Below, piece after piece: positions 20,496-34,210 of a DNA stretch of 37,142 nt. The translations under genes and the position numbers were made by a program. Position 1 is the stretch's first letter; the number at the start of each line of letters is the position of its first letter. This DNA is from Nemertoderma westbladi (lineage: Eukaryota; Animalia; Xenacoelomorpha). A model generated the notes under the pieces. It saw only the letters and a program-made list of their open reading frames with translations. It was not told the origin of the DNA and did not search any database. Location: NCBI GenBank assembly GCA_032718475.1, contig JAUCBJ010000907.1, positions 1-37,142 on the forward strand. Direction: 5' to 3'.

Positions 20496-23400
20496 GTGAT
20501 GACTTTATGTGGGTGAAAGCCAGCTAAAACTGTTGTTTATTTTGTCACTTGAGGTCTCCCAACAGTACATAATACATATTATGAACAGAATTGACTGAAT
20601 TTTGGGAAGGAATTAGTCACTATGTAGCATAAAAGTCGAATAGACTTTGACAGAAAAAATCTTATGTAACCGAACACATATTTTCTATGTACTTTTTTTT
20701 CTATAGTATTGAGGATTGAAGAGGATTATTTATAAACTTACACTTGTTACCCAATCGGATCAAACTTTTCGTGACTTTTCCTAAACTTTATTTGGTCTAT
20801 CCAACTGCGCAAACGTCAATTAAATGGCTATGTTAGTTTTCGTGCTGTGGTCCCATTCTGGCACCCATCTCCAATATTTTTTCGTTCAAAAATTTTCAAA
20901 AAAGTTTTTATGGCTCGCTAAAATAAATTTATTTGAGTTTGAGGTATATAGGTCTAGAGGTTTTTTTTGGATGCTGGTCACGATTAGTAGAACTCAAACA
21001 TAACATTCGAGAAAATTTAGAATGCGTCCGCTGGGGCACGAAAAAAACTAGTAGTGTAAATAAAATAATGAAAAATAACCACCAAATCAACCTAATTGTA
21101 TATGGCTTATGGGTTTCTTGGTAGCTGAATTCGTATATGACACTCACAATTTTTTTTCTCAATGATTATGGAATTTTTGAATATGTGCCAATGTGGCACA
21201 AAAAATAGTAGTTAGCAAAATTTGATAATAAATTTGATGGTTAACTTCCATAAAAGGTTTAGAACAAGTTTTATTATGATCAGCGACATCGAAAACCCTA
21301 TAGCTTCAAGATTATCCAACCAAATTCAATTTTTGGCAGTTTGAAATTTGATGCTACTTGTATTTTTCGTCACACCAGACAAGCACCAAAAACGATAGTT
21401 GTGATACCATGTTTTTTCAGCTACCTTGAAAACCAGTGAGGCTTCAGAATTACCCAAAGAAATGCAAAATTTTACAGTTTGACATTTCTGCTACAAAGTT
21501 TATACTTTTCATCGTGGGGCACCAGAATGGCACCAATAATAACTATTTATTACAGGGAAAACAAAATAATGGTTCAAATACTGAAAACAATTTAGAATAC
21601 AGTCTACATTAGAGATGAGTAATCGAAAAGTGATTTGTACATAATTACAGTTACATAGTACCTCTCTTAGCTAATTTTGTTAGGAAGAAAAGGTCTTGTG
21701 TACATATTTTTTCAATTTTTTCCAAAATTTATCTTAAAAAATTACTTAATAGTATTGTCATCTCAGGCATCAAAATTTTTAAAGTACATCCATGTAGTTG
21801 CATGCAAAAATTCATAATGCCAATATCAACTGTTCTGAGTAGCTAAAAAATTACCCGAAAGTGTCTATATCTCAGAATGACTATTTTGTCACACCGGACC
21901 TTTTTCAATGAGCCTTTCAATTCTTTTTGCGCCAATTTCACCACCAATGTTTGTTGAAATTTGTCGAAATTTGGAATATACAGTAAGTTCAGAAGAACCC
22001 TGCATCCAATTCTTCTGAACAAAATTTGCCTCAAATGCTGGAGACTTTTTAGAACAAAAAGGCCCCAAAAAAGGGCTTTTTTGGCCTTTTTGATATAAAA
22101 AGGCTACAGGGCATTACCAACCTAATTTATTAAGGTATTCTTTAACAAGTGTACCAAATTTCAACTCATTCAAGTTAAAATTGGCGTATAAATAGCCCTT
22201 TTAGTTTGAGAAAAGATATGAGAAAACTCCTTGCAGATTTGAAATCTCTATTAAATTAGGCACATGATAGAATAAAAAAACTCAAGTCAACAGTCAATTT
22301 CTAAAATAGGACGGTGCTACCCCCCCCCCCCCCCCCCCCCCCATAAGTTGAAGTTATATGATAATAAAGTAAGAAGAATGCAATATCTGATTGGTCATCG
22401 TCTGTCCCCCCTGGAAGTGTCTCTCACAGACAATGGGAAAATACACATTTTAATGTTGCTGAATTCAATTAAATATCAAACGCAACACATTTGTATTATT
22501 TAGAAATATTTGTACAGAAAATCATTTCATGCAAGTTTGTGTGTTTCCTTGAATGATTATTAATATGTTTCAGTAAGAAAGTTGAGAAAATCATAATGAT
22601 CAGAGGATGAATTAATTATTGTTTACAATATAACAATAATATATAAGAATATTACAACAATAATTAATAGGTATATGGTGCAAATGTATTTCAAACGGAG
22701 AGCAAAATACACACTGTAGGAGTCGTCACACCTAAATAGTAAAAGTTCACTGTTCAACTATATTATTGGGTGAATAAATAGTTTTAAGTAGGAAACTTGA
22801 AAGAGTGCATATGATATAACATAGGAGGCGAAATAAAGCGAAATATATACAGCAATACAGCACAATAAATTGAGCAAAAATAGCAAAATTTATTCATTTA
22901 TACATGCACTTGGTTAAATAGAACTTTGAAGTGTTTCGAATATAATAGGTGGCAGGCCTAACAATTTTTGAAAAACGAAATGGTCAGTCGGCTTGGCACA
23001 TATGAGGCTACTTATCGCTGAACCCTGTATGGGTATGGATGGGACTACAATATAGTAAATGATTTGTGTGATTTTTGAAGGTAATATGATTGTCACCATC
23101 ATCAATAATCTCAACGAACAGACACCCCCATATAGCTACTGGAGATGATTATGCAAAGTGTAGTTTTATTGAAAGTATTTGACTGAAAGTCTGCATTCAA
23201 TGCACTGCCTGCACACACATAAAATGTGTGCTATTTTATTTTCTTATGTTAGCTCTCAACCTGAAATGAAACTAATCTAAAGCATATGGATTGGAATGCA
23301 TTTTTGAAAACAACATGAGATAGAAAACCTCATTATCGTTAAGCACAGTTTATATATCTTCCCATTGGATTAATAATGATTTAAAACGTTCTAGAACATT

Positions 23401-24589
23401 TAATCAGAGCATCGGAATTCATATTGATATTATTGAAGTCAATATGTGGTGTAAGTTGAATTCACCCACTTTTAAGAACATCACCAATTATGCCACCCGG
23501 GAATAGGTTTTATATTAATTGATGACAATCATAATGCCATAATCACTCAAAACATTACGGAATATAAATGATTAAATAGTAATATCTGGCGGATATTTAA
23601 CTGTCTGTTGAATGACAAATTATTCGCAATGACTTTAATGACTTCAATATCAAATTACATTAAAAAAAGCTGTACTCCGGACACATATTAATAAATATTA
23701 TGTTATGAAATGTTACAATAATTAGTAATTACAGAATTTCAAAGACAATTAGTAATAATTACTTGTGCAATCTTTAACTTTATTTAATTGTAGACTATCA
23801 AGAACAGCACAGACATATTGACCAAGATACGAAAATAAATTCACAGGCATAGATTTAGGCAAGCTAAGATCATAAATGTAAAGCTTGTTGCCACGTTACA
23901 TCACAATTGAAAAAAAAAGTATAAAAATGTTTATTAATTATAATTCAAACATGATTCCGAATGAATTACAATCTATATTACGACATAAAGAAGTGACTTA
24001 CAACAAATAAAGAATATACATCTCCACCAAACGTTATTTTACTGGGAAAATTAAATTTATCATTTATCGTAGATAAAATAATTATAAATATTATTCATTG
24101 GATTACACAGACTAAGAATACGTTACCTTACTGACCAAGGATACAGATGAATTAAATTTTAAACTTCTTTGAGAATTAAGTCGAATTTAGAGAACTTTAG
24201 CTCCCCCCAGCGACTACTTATTGAATAGAGCATGTAAAACTGAGATTACCTTTCCACATGCAATATCATATGGCCTTGAACATAGTGTCTTAATTCAGTT
24301 TCACCCCCCTAATTTTATACAAATAATGGAAATTCGTAAAATTTGAAACTTGGATAGTTGCACCAGGCTGCTGTGCGAACCACCCCCCCCCCCCCCCCCC
24401 CCCCACCCTCGCGTTTCCACATTGGCAAATAAATCTAAACACTAATAATAAATATAATAGGCCTACAAAAGTCTCTCCAGGGTCCCCTATGCACCATGGA
24501 AGTAAATCGCAGGTCCATTTATAAATAATAAATAATATAAAAACTATGTTCCAGAATATTTTGAAAATATAAAACTTAACGCAGTGCAT

Positions 24590-24812
24590 AAACACGGCCG
24601 GGTATTCGAGCAGTAAGAAGTCTACATGAGACTTCGTAAAGCAGACAATTAGTAGACCATCTGCCTAGGTACTATATAAGTCTATCTGTGTGTAGAATTT
24701 ATATTGTTAGACTACATGTGTACCAAGTTTGGTTCCATTTCATCCATGATTGACCGACTTATTAGCGTTCAGATATTTCCAATGACGACCACAGACAGTC
24801 CACTAATAATAC
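24590..24812. mobile_element. Possible Helentron-associated (DINE-1-like) non-autonomous fragment
   Basis: Short hairpin GAAGTCT-ACATG-AGACTTC, TGTGTACCAAGTTTGG motif and ACAGACAG remnant. Resemblance by eye only. Confidence 0.3.
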
Positions 24813-27646
24813 TGCTACGCAAAGGCTTACCTACAATTCGTGGCTCGCCCCACATGCTATTTGCCAACGCTCATATTCCAAATATTTATTTACAAATGTA
24901 AATGTCTTTAATGAAAAAAATCATAAATAGTTTAACCTGGAAAAGTTCGAAAGAGAAAATATAAATTATTACTCACCCAAGCAAAAGCAGAGACAGTTCA
25001 AATTATATTTTGCTTAAATTTTTTTGTTTTAAATGTTTTGTTTCATAGGAAATTGCAAAGTAAGAGTCGTGGAAAAATTAGGTGGTAAGGGGGGGGGGGG
25101 GGGGGGGGGCTGCAAATGATACTGAATTACGTCACTATATTCCAGGACATGGTGTAATTAAATCAGAGATCATTTCCACAATATTGATAGATCGTATAAA
25201 TACGTGAATGAAAAACAATTGCACATTACATGACGAATGGAATTTCAGCACCGATGGGTTTTTCAGCGCACCTTATTACTGTAATTAAGAATATATTAAT
25301 TTTTTTCCAATTATTTTTGATCACAAATTTTGTCCGAAATTAAAAAAGTTCATTCAAATCCTCCAACTGGGCAATATTTTTGTATACAAACAGTTATAAT
25401 TACCAATCTAATCGGCTCAAGTACTTTTAATTAACTGGATGTAAAAACTACTAGCATATATTTGTTGTTTCACGTGGAAAGTCATCAAGCAATATAAGTC
25501 AATCTCATACGTATGGGTTTACCGAGTTGGTAAGTTATCCAAGATTTCATTGTTGGTTCCTTACAGGTTACCATGGACATGTATGGAAGGCGACCAGGTG
25601 TAGTCAGAGCGAGTCAGAGGCGAAAGGATGATTTATGCGAATTACCAGATGCTACCAAATAACTCTTATGTACAAATTGAAATGGAACATGTTAAATATA
25701 TTTTACATAATACTTTGCTTGCCGCTAGAGGCGCATTTGAAGTTACCCTGAGTGCCGAGCAGAATATCATGAATGAAATCAGGCTAAGAAGATGGATGAT
25801 TATAAACAATTAGGGAAAAACAACAGTCAAAAGTTGAGTTTATCGGTTAACTTTGACACATATAATTATGAGCGGCTTGAACGGCGGAAACAATTTTCAT
25901 GAGAGTTTTTAAACATAGCTTTGTACACGTCAGCAAAAATGAACATCAGTATTATCAATACTGAGCTACTGTACAGAGAGCCAACACTTCAAGTAAATCA
26001 AGTTAAGGTCCCACATCCCGTTACAATACACCTTAGCCTAAGTCATATTCAAACTCAACTATACCGGAGTGGGTAAACCGCCAGTTTGTTGCGGTACACG
26101 CCTTCACAACAACTAATACATTGAGCAAAAATGACCACATATTTAATGAGAAGCACGAAACATCATAACCAGTCCAAAACACTCAATAAACTATTTACAA
26201 CGGCCAAAAGAGAACGGATGGCGAACAATATACTGCATGGGCATATGGGGGGGGGGGGGGGTACCCGGGGCAAGTGGAGGAGGTTTGAATGACAGGCGAA
26301 TCTCAGGAGAGATAGAGGAGCTGCATAAAACTCATAGGAATAACTCGAGGCCCAAAGCAAGTGTCAATCAGGCCGGAGCAATCGATCAATATACATTGTC
26401 AACAATGGAGGGCCAGTAGTATAGGAACGCATGGAGGGCGCCCAATATGTGGAGTATTAGACGCATTAATCATAATACTGCGAAGATTGAGTTCTTTAGT
26501 GTCTCTTCTGCCTCACTCCTGCTATATATAGCAAGTGCTTAGTCAGTGGTTGCAAATAGCAACGGGATAGGAGGGGCCTAACTTATTGAGCTGGGTTCAC
26601 TTATTAATATTGTGCATTACACGATATTATAATATCGCGTAATGCAATCCTTCTTCAAAACATTTGAAAAACGTTTTTGCACATAGTCAGCTGGTGGTAA
26701 CCCCCCCCCCCCCCCTCCCCCCCCCCACCTGGTTAACGGTTAAAAGGGGGAAATTTATCATATTCATTCAGCTAACGGAAACACTTGAGTTGGACTCATG
26801 CAGTTATTGGGTTGGCCTTTATTCCTTTATCGTACGTTAAATAGGATGACCCAAATCATTCAAACACACAGGTACATCAACAAATGCAACTAAATCCGAT
26901 ACAATTTAAGAGCAAAGAAAGATAACGAACATTTAAAATAATTAATTTTAACGTCATGTAATTTGTAATACAAATTGGTATGAGATGTTCCTCAGTCTGC
27001 ATAAATCACAACGTTGGCACAGCTTCAAACAATTGTGCGAATGAATTAGAGAAACTAATATATAAATAACTTATTAGGATACATGTAAATTTAAATGGAA
27101 GTTTTACGGTTGAAAAAGGGGGGCTATTTTACGAATCGGGGAACATAAGAAGCAGACTCCCCCGGTTCGTAAAATAGGCCCCCATGTAACCCGATCGTAA
27201 ATAATTATTTATGAAACTACCTCAAAGCTAAAAACTAAATAAATTTATTTATAGAAAATACTCCAGTTTGAACACGAACAGCCACTAATTAATATTTTTT
27301 TTCAACAATTAATAAATTCTAAACAAAACTAAATTCTAAACAAATAATATTAAATCTATTACAATATAAATCTGGTACCTACATAAACAATAATTTACTC
27401 TGTAACTACCGCCATATCTGTAATAAAAACTTTGAAAATAGGAATTTCTAAAAAAAAAAGAAATTCAAAATTTAATTAAAACTGCCGTTGTTGTTATATA
27501 ATGCTGATTCCGTGGCACCCAACAAGTGCGGTACCGGTAGTTTAGAACCGGTAGCAACCGTCTGAAAAACCTTAGCAACACTCGGTAACACCTTAGCAAC
27601 CGCGGGTTACCCCTCAGTAATAACGATCCTTAGCAACGCGTCCCAG

Positions 27647-27957
27647 CTAGGTGAGGTAGTTGTCATGGCAACCGGGTGACCTGTAGTCGTCGAGCGGTTT
27701 CACTATCCCGTCGTCGTAGACCCGCATAACGGCCTGACAGACGAACCGGAACTGGGCCGTTGTCTGTATCATCATGGCGCGTTGGTCTCGCATTGTTTTT
27801 GTCAGTTCGAGAGGACGGACAACCTCCCCGGCCTCGATCAGACAGATGGCCGTCTCCATGAGTATCAGTACGCCGGTCCGGCCTATACCGGCGCTGCAGT
27901 GGACCACAGTGGGTTCTGTCATTCCTTCTCGGGCCATTCGGACAGTCTGGACGAAAT
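27647..27957 (-). CDS. PTPN4: PTPN3/PTPN4-like tyrosine phosphatase, last coding exon (P-loop and Q-loop)
   Basis: Acceptor TTTATCTACGTAG|AT. Phase-1 join gives DPSDFL-D-FVQTVRMAR...VHCSAGIGRTG...MIQTTAQFRF. TAG stop at 27647-27649. Confidence 0.93.
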
Positions 27958-29372
27958 CTACGTAGATAAACGGAGTGTAGAAGGTAGGGGGAGGGGGTGG
28001 GGGGAAAGGGTGGGGGGGGGTGGAGGGGAGCTGTGAGGGATGGGGTGGTTGGGGGGAGGGGGTGGGGGTGGAAGGGGGGAGGGGGTGGAAGGGGGGAGGG
28101 GGGCTGGGAGGGGAGATGATGGGAGCGATGTTTTCACACTACCACACATTTTTGCACACGTTTTGGACCAAAATTTATGAAAAATCGTTAACAATATTAT
28201 GATTATCTATATACATAGTTGCATTTTCTGATGACATGGATCCAACGTAACTACGGCAGGACTATAATACAACATCGCAATTGATACATAAACAAAATGT
28301 CCCAGAAGGTTGAGTTTATGAATTTGAATAAATGGCCTCCAGAGAATAATATTATTATAATTCTTGCGATCTATGAAAGCAATCTACATTGTTATCGAAT
28401 ACTTGCACAGTAAGCTATCTAGGTAACTCGTAGTAGGCTACTCTAAGTATTCGATTCGGTATTGAGGCTAATTTGAAGAATGCCCACGATACATTATGAA
28501 GGTTGCGATTTCACGAAATACAATTCTAAATTGCATATAAAAATCGAATGGTTAACTCTATAATTCTGGCTCCGTACTGAAATAGACGGTGAGTAGCACT
28601 AGTTGTGTTGGTCAACGACATCAGACAATGACAGTTTATTAACAGGTCATGTTTTTTTGTATTTCAAAATCACACGTATATTTTAATTATGTTAACAATA
28701 AATAGAGAAAGTACCGTCAGGAGTAACAATATACATAATTACTGGGTGTAATAATTTCTGAGTATGGGCTTTCGGACTCATTGCGTGTTAGATTCAGTTA
28801 AACATACAGTTTATCTTTACAGTCCATTCATTAGTTTCACAGTCAAATCAAATTTCACACTGATTTTCACGGGCCTTTGAAAAAAATCTTGGGGAAGGGG
28901 AGGGGGGCGAGGGAGTTGTGGGTGACGGGGGAGGAGAGGATGCAGGGAGGGGGCGGAATGGTCTGGGATAATGTGAATAGGTTGAGGAGTTGAACATAAA
29001 AGTAAATTTAAATATTAAGCGAGTTTAAAAGATAATTGTTCTCGGCGAAAACATATCAAAGTCGAGTTATATTGGTGTTATAAGGGTCTAAGCCACTATT
29101 TTATATAAAACAAATCTATGGCCATTTCGTGTATTAACTTATCACCTTCAGTGAAAAATAAACATTATAAAATAATTTACATATTAAAATTAATTAGTAC
29201 GTCGACGGTTAGGATTAAGTATAATAGAAACTAAATTATCAGTTTACGCCATATTGTGGCTATGGCTTAGTTGATACAATGATGAATTAAATAGGTATAC
29301 CTTATCAGAAAAAAGTTGTCATTATCAGTGCAGACTTGGAGTTTCTAAAAGCACAGCGTTCAAGAGGGAGGG

Positions 29373-30790
29373 ATGTTTACCTCTCAGGTGGACATAGCTG
29401 ATGCCTTCGATAATGTTGATTATGTACAACTGTACCGCAAGCTCGCTAGGCCTAGTTATCTCAACGCTCATGTCTGTCGTGTACTTCTTGGTATTATCAT
29501 TTCCATACTGTGGTGTACCTCAAATTTGGAAATCTTATCGACTATCAAGGTATCAAGCAAGTCAAGGCAGTAAAACAGGGGTGATTACCATCGCCAATTC
29601 TATGGATCCTGTATACAAGTGATGCATTGTCGAAGTTAAATAAAGAGGGGTATGGATTTAATCTAACTCTACTCTGGCTTGGTATTACTTCTTACGCTGA
29701 TGATTTTTGCTGTGTGCTGGAATAGCTTTGGGGGATGGAGGATATATTTGAGTGTTTGATTATCGAGCTGGAATGATCAACCTTGAAGTCGAAACTCCGT
29801 AAACCTGGTGGATTGTCCACCTCGGAGAGGAAAGTTCCCTATGCACAGTGCCTACATTTTTGACACTCAGTAAGAAGCTAGTACCAGCCAAAACACCCTT
29901 GGTATATCTCGGTTTCAACCTCTGGATTCCTAGAGTCAACTGTCTAAAGTAATGTATATAGCGAATTGCAATGATTTTGAATTTATTCCATCAAAAAGCA
30001 TGGACGTCCCGGTATTATACGAGTGATACAATTGGATATCTCGCGGGCTATAGCAGTGCCCAGCATCACATTCTGCGCGGTTCCTTGCAGGGTCAATGAG
30101 TAATGTAGAACTTAATCATCTTGATGTCTATTATCGAAAGGCTCTTCGTAGTTTAAGTTTACTATTTCTGGGACCCTACACTGGTAACTCCATTCTATAC
30201 GAGCTGTTGGGATATCGTCCGATTACCCTCGAGATCTTCCGGGAGTGTACATGAATAATTCTGAGAATCCATCAATGTCCCAACTTCATCTAGGCAAACC
30301 TCACTTTGATCCTGCCTGCGTCATAATATTCACCGGAGAGACGGGTATACCGGGCTTGGTTCCACCTTCGAAAAGTGTGGAGTTGGTAACTACGCTGTAA
30401 TGAACTCACTTCTCACATGGAAATACAACACAAACTCAATATTAGGTCGACTGGACGTGGATCAGCTTTCCACTACTGACCAGATCAAATGTAATTTTAT
30501 CCAGGACTGTTATCGATCATCCGGGCGATTCGCTGGAAAACATGAAAGCCTTCTGAACTTCTTCAACTTACCTGCGACTCTATCGTTTAAAATCGGTGCA
30601 GTTTTAACTTTTTATGGTGCTTTTAATTGGTTTTGCGGACCGTACCATAGAATGTTATATATTTATATCGGCGCAATTTTATGTTTATGCACCTTTACCG
30701 GAAAATTTTTATCTAGATACTGCCTTGTACGGGTTTAATGAAATAAATAAATAATAAATAATTAAATATAATTAAAATAAAATAAAATAA
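29373..30790 (+). mobile_element. Decayed non-LTR retrotransposon (RT remnants) with A-rich (AATA)n tail, antisense within the intron
   Basis: RT motifs in order across frameshifts: VDIADAFDNVD (about 29388), AVKQG*LPSPILWILYTSD (about 29567), GITSYADD (about 29681). AATAAATAAATAA tail at about 30741-30790. Confidence 0.78.
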
Positions 30791-30842
30791 AGATTAAATC
30801 ACACTGCTAGAATAAAGAACAGCAGATCTAGCAGCTGTTTGA

Positions 30843-33800
30843 GCGAGCCGTAATATTTGTGTGTGGGGCGAGCCGTAATATTAGTGTGTGGGCGAGCCGT
30901 AATATTAGTGTGTGGGCGAGCCGTAATATTAGTGTGTGGGGCGAGCCGTAATATTAGTGTGTGGGCGAGCCGTAATATTAGTGTGTGGGGCGAGCCGTAA
31001 TATTAGTGTGTGGGCGAGCCGTAATATTAGTGTGTGGGGCGAGCCGTAATATTTGTGTGTGGGGCGAGCCGTAATATTAGTGTGTGGGGCCAGCCGTAAT
31101 ATTAGTGTGTGGGCGAGCCGTAATATTAGTGTGTGGGCGAGCCGTAATATTAGTGTGTGGGGCGAGCCGTAATATTAGTGTGTGGGCGAGCCGTAATATT
31201 AGTGTGTGGGGCGAGCCGTAATATTAGTGTGTGGGGCGAGCCGTAATATTTGTGTGTGGGGCGAGCCGTAATATTTGTGTGTGGGGCGAGCCGTAATATT
31301 TGTGTGTGGGGCGAGCCGTAATATTAGTGTGTGGGGCGAGCCGTAATATTAGTGTGTGGGGCGAGCCGTAATATTTGTGTGTGGGGCGAGCCGTAATATT
31401 TGTGTGTGGGGCAAGCCGTAATATTTGTGTGTGGGCGAGCCGTAATATTTGTGTGTGGGGCGAGCCGTAATATTTGTGTGTGGGCGAGCCGTAATATTTG
31501 TGTGTGGGGCGAGCCGTAATATTTGTGTGTGGGGCGAGCCGTAATATTTGTGTGTGGGGCGAGCCGTAATATTTGTGTGTGGGCGAGCCGTAATATTAGT
31601 GTGTGGGGCGAGCCGTAATATTTGTGTGTGGGGCGAGCCGTAATATTAGTGTGTGGGGCGAGCCGTAATATTTGTGTGTGGGGCGAGCCGTAATATTTGT
31701 GTGTGAGGCGAGCCGTAATATTTGTGTGTGGGCGAGCCGTAATATTTGTGTGTGGGGCGAGCCGTAATATTAGTGTGTGGGGCGAGCCGTAATATTTGTG
31801 TGTGGGGCGAGCCGTAATATTAGTGTGTGGGGTGAGCCGTAATATTTGTGTGAGGGACGAGCCATAATATTAGTGTGTGGGGCGAGCCGTAATATTTGTG
31901 TGTGGGGCGAGCCGTAATATTTGTGTGTGGGGCGAGCCGTAATATTTGTGTGTGGGGCGAGCCGTAATATTTGTGTGTGGGGCGAGCCTTAATATTAGTG
32001 TGTGGGGCGAGCCGTAATATTTGTGTGTGGGGCGAGCCGTAATATTTGTGTGTGGGGCGAGCCGTAATATTTGTGTGTGGGGCGAGCCGTAATATTTGTG
32101 TGTGGGGCGAGCCGTAATATTAGTGTGTGGGGCGAGCCGTAATATTTGTGTGTGGGCGAGCCGTAATATTAGTGTATGGGGCGAGCCGTAATATTTGTGT
32201 GTGGGGCAAGCCGTAATATTAGTGTGTGGGGCGAGCCGTAATATTTGTGTGTGGGGCGAGCCGTAATATTAGTGTGTGGGGCGAGCCGTAATATTTGTGT
32301 GTGGGGCGAGCCGTAATATTTGTGTGTGGGGCGAGCCGTAATATTAGTGTGTGGGCGAGCCGTAATATTTGTGTGTGGGGCGAGCCGTAATATTAGTGTG
32401 TGGGCGAGCCGTAATATTTGTGTGTGGGGCGAGCCGTAATATTAGTGTGTGGGGCGAGCCGTAATATTTGTGTGTGGGGCGAGCCGTAATATTTGTGTGT
32501 GGGGCGAGCCGTAATATTTGTGTGTGGGGCGAGCCGTAATATTAGTGTGTGGGCGAGCCGTAATATTTGTGTGTGGGGCGAGCCGTAATATTTGTGTGTG
32601 GGGCGAGCCGTAATATTTGTGTGTGGGGCGAGCCGTAATATTTGTGTGTGGGCAAGCCGTAATATTTGTGTGTGGGGCGAGCCGTAATATTAGTGTGTGG
32701 GGCGAGCCGTAATATTTGTGTGTGGGGCGAGCCGTAATATTTGTGTGTGGGGCGAGCCGTAATATTTGTGTGTGGGGCGAGCCGTAATATTTGTGTGTGG
32801 GGCGAGCCGTAATATTTGTGTGTGGGCGAGCCGTAATATTTGTGTGTGGGGCGAGCCGTAATATTAGTGTGTGGGGCGAGCCGTAATATTTGTGTGTGGG
32901 CGAGCCGTAATATTAGTGTGTGGGGCGAGCCGTAATATTTGTGTGTGGGGCGAGCCGTAATATTAGTGTGTGGGCGAGCCGTAATATTTGTGTGTGGGGC
33001 GAGCCGTAATATTAGTGTGTGGGCGAGCCGTAATATTTGTGTGTGGGGCGAGCCGTAATATTAGTGTGTGGGGCGAGCCGTAATATTACTGTGTGGGGCG
33101 AGCCGTAATATTTGTGTGTGGGGCGAGCCGTAATATTTGTGTGTGGGGCGAGCCGTAATATTTGTGTGTGGGGCGAGCCGTAATATTTGTGTGTGGGCGA
33201 GCCGTAATATTTGTGTGTGGGGCGAGCCGTAATATTAGTGTGTGGGGCGAGCCGTAATATTTGTGTGTGGGCGAGCCGTAATATTAGTGTGTGGGGCGAG
33301 CCGTAATATTTGTGTGTGGGGCGAGCCGTAATATTAGTGTGTGGGGCGAGCCGTAATATTTGTGTGTGGGGCGAGCCGTAATATTTGTGTGTGGGCGAGC
33401 CGTAATATTTGTGTGTGGGGCGAACCGTAACATTAGTGTGTGGGGCGAGCCGTAATATTTGTGTGTGGGGCGAGCCGTAATATTTGTGTGTGGGGCGAGC
33501 CGTAATATTTGTGTGTGGGGCGAGCCGTAATATTTGTGTGTGGGGCGAGCCGTAATATTTGTGTGTGGGGCGAGCCGTAATATTTGTGTGTGGGCGAGCC
33601 GTAATATTAGTGTGTGGGGCGAGCCGTAATATTTGTGTGTGGGGCGAGCCGTAATATTAGTGTGTGGGGCGAGCCGTAATATTTGTGTGTGGGGCGAGCC
33701 GTAATATTTGTGTGTGGGCGAGCCGTAATATTTGTGTGTGGGGCGAACCGTAATATTAGTGTGTGGGGCGAGCCGTAATATTTGTGTGTGGGGCGAGCCG

Positions 33801-33910
33801 TAATATTTGTGTGTGGTGCGAGCCGTAATATTTGTGTGTGGGGCGAGCCGTAATATTTGTGTGTGGGGCGAGCCGTAATATTTGTGTGTGGGCGAGCGGT
33901 AATATTTGTG
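30843..33910. repeat. 25/26-bp tandem satellite GCGAGCCGTAATATT(T/A)GTGTGTGGG(G), roughly 120 copies, intronic
   Basis: Unit read directly. Two binary variants (T/A and G3/G4). Confidence 0.97.
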
Positions 33911-34210
33911 GTGGTGGTGGTGTAGCAGCCGTTTCTTTACGGTACTAATTAATTTTAGGCCTAATATGTAAACAATATTTAATGTTTATTTATCACTGAA
34001 AACGTTTGATACACGAAATGGCCATGATAAAATGAATTTGTTTTATTTAGAATCGTGGCTGAGACCATTTTAAGATATAGGACTACCGGTACTACCAATA
34101 TAACTCGATTTTAATAAAAGTAAATCACATTGTAATACAACGTAGACCTAAACCAACTGTAATATATAAACTCCGAGTTTAAAAAACTAAATAAACATAA
34201 AACAACTCAC

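Larger units (their letters stand above)
27958..34210 (-). other. 6253-bp phase-1 GT-AG intron of the PTPN3/4-like gene
   Basis: Donor TAG|GTGAGT at 34211/34210 and acceptor TAG at 27960-27958. The join restores a continuous PTP domain. Confidence 0.9.

Noticed and set aside
19139-26419. Assorted short ORFs of 60-133 aa outside the RTE fragment
   Set aside because: AT-rich composition, many non-ATG starts, no domain motifs and no convincing splice structure.
27782-28202. Pro- or Gly-rich ORFs near the acceptor
   Set aside because: Translations of the intronic G/C-run tract.
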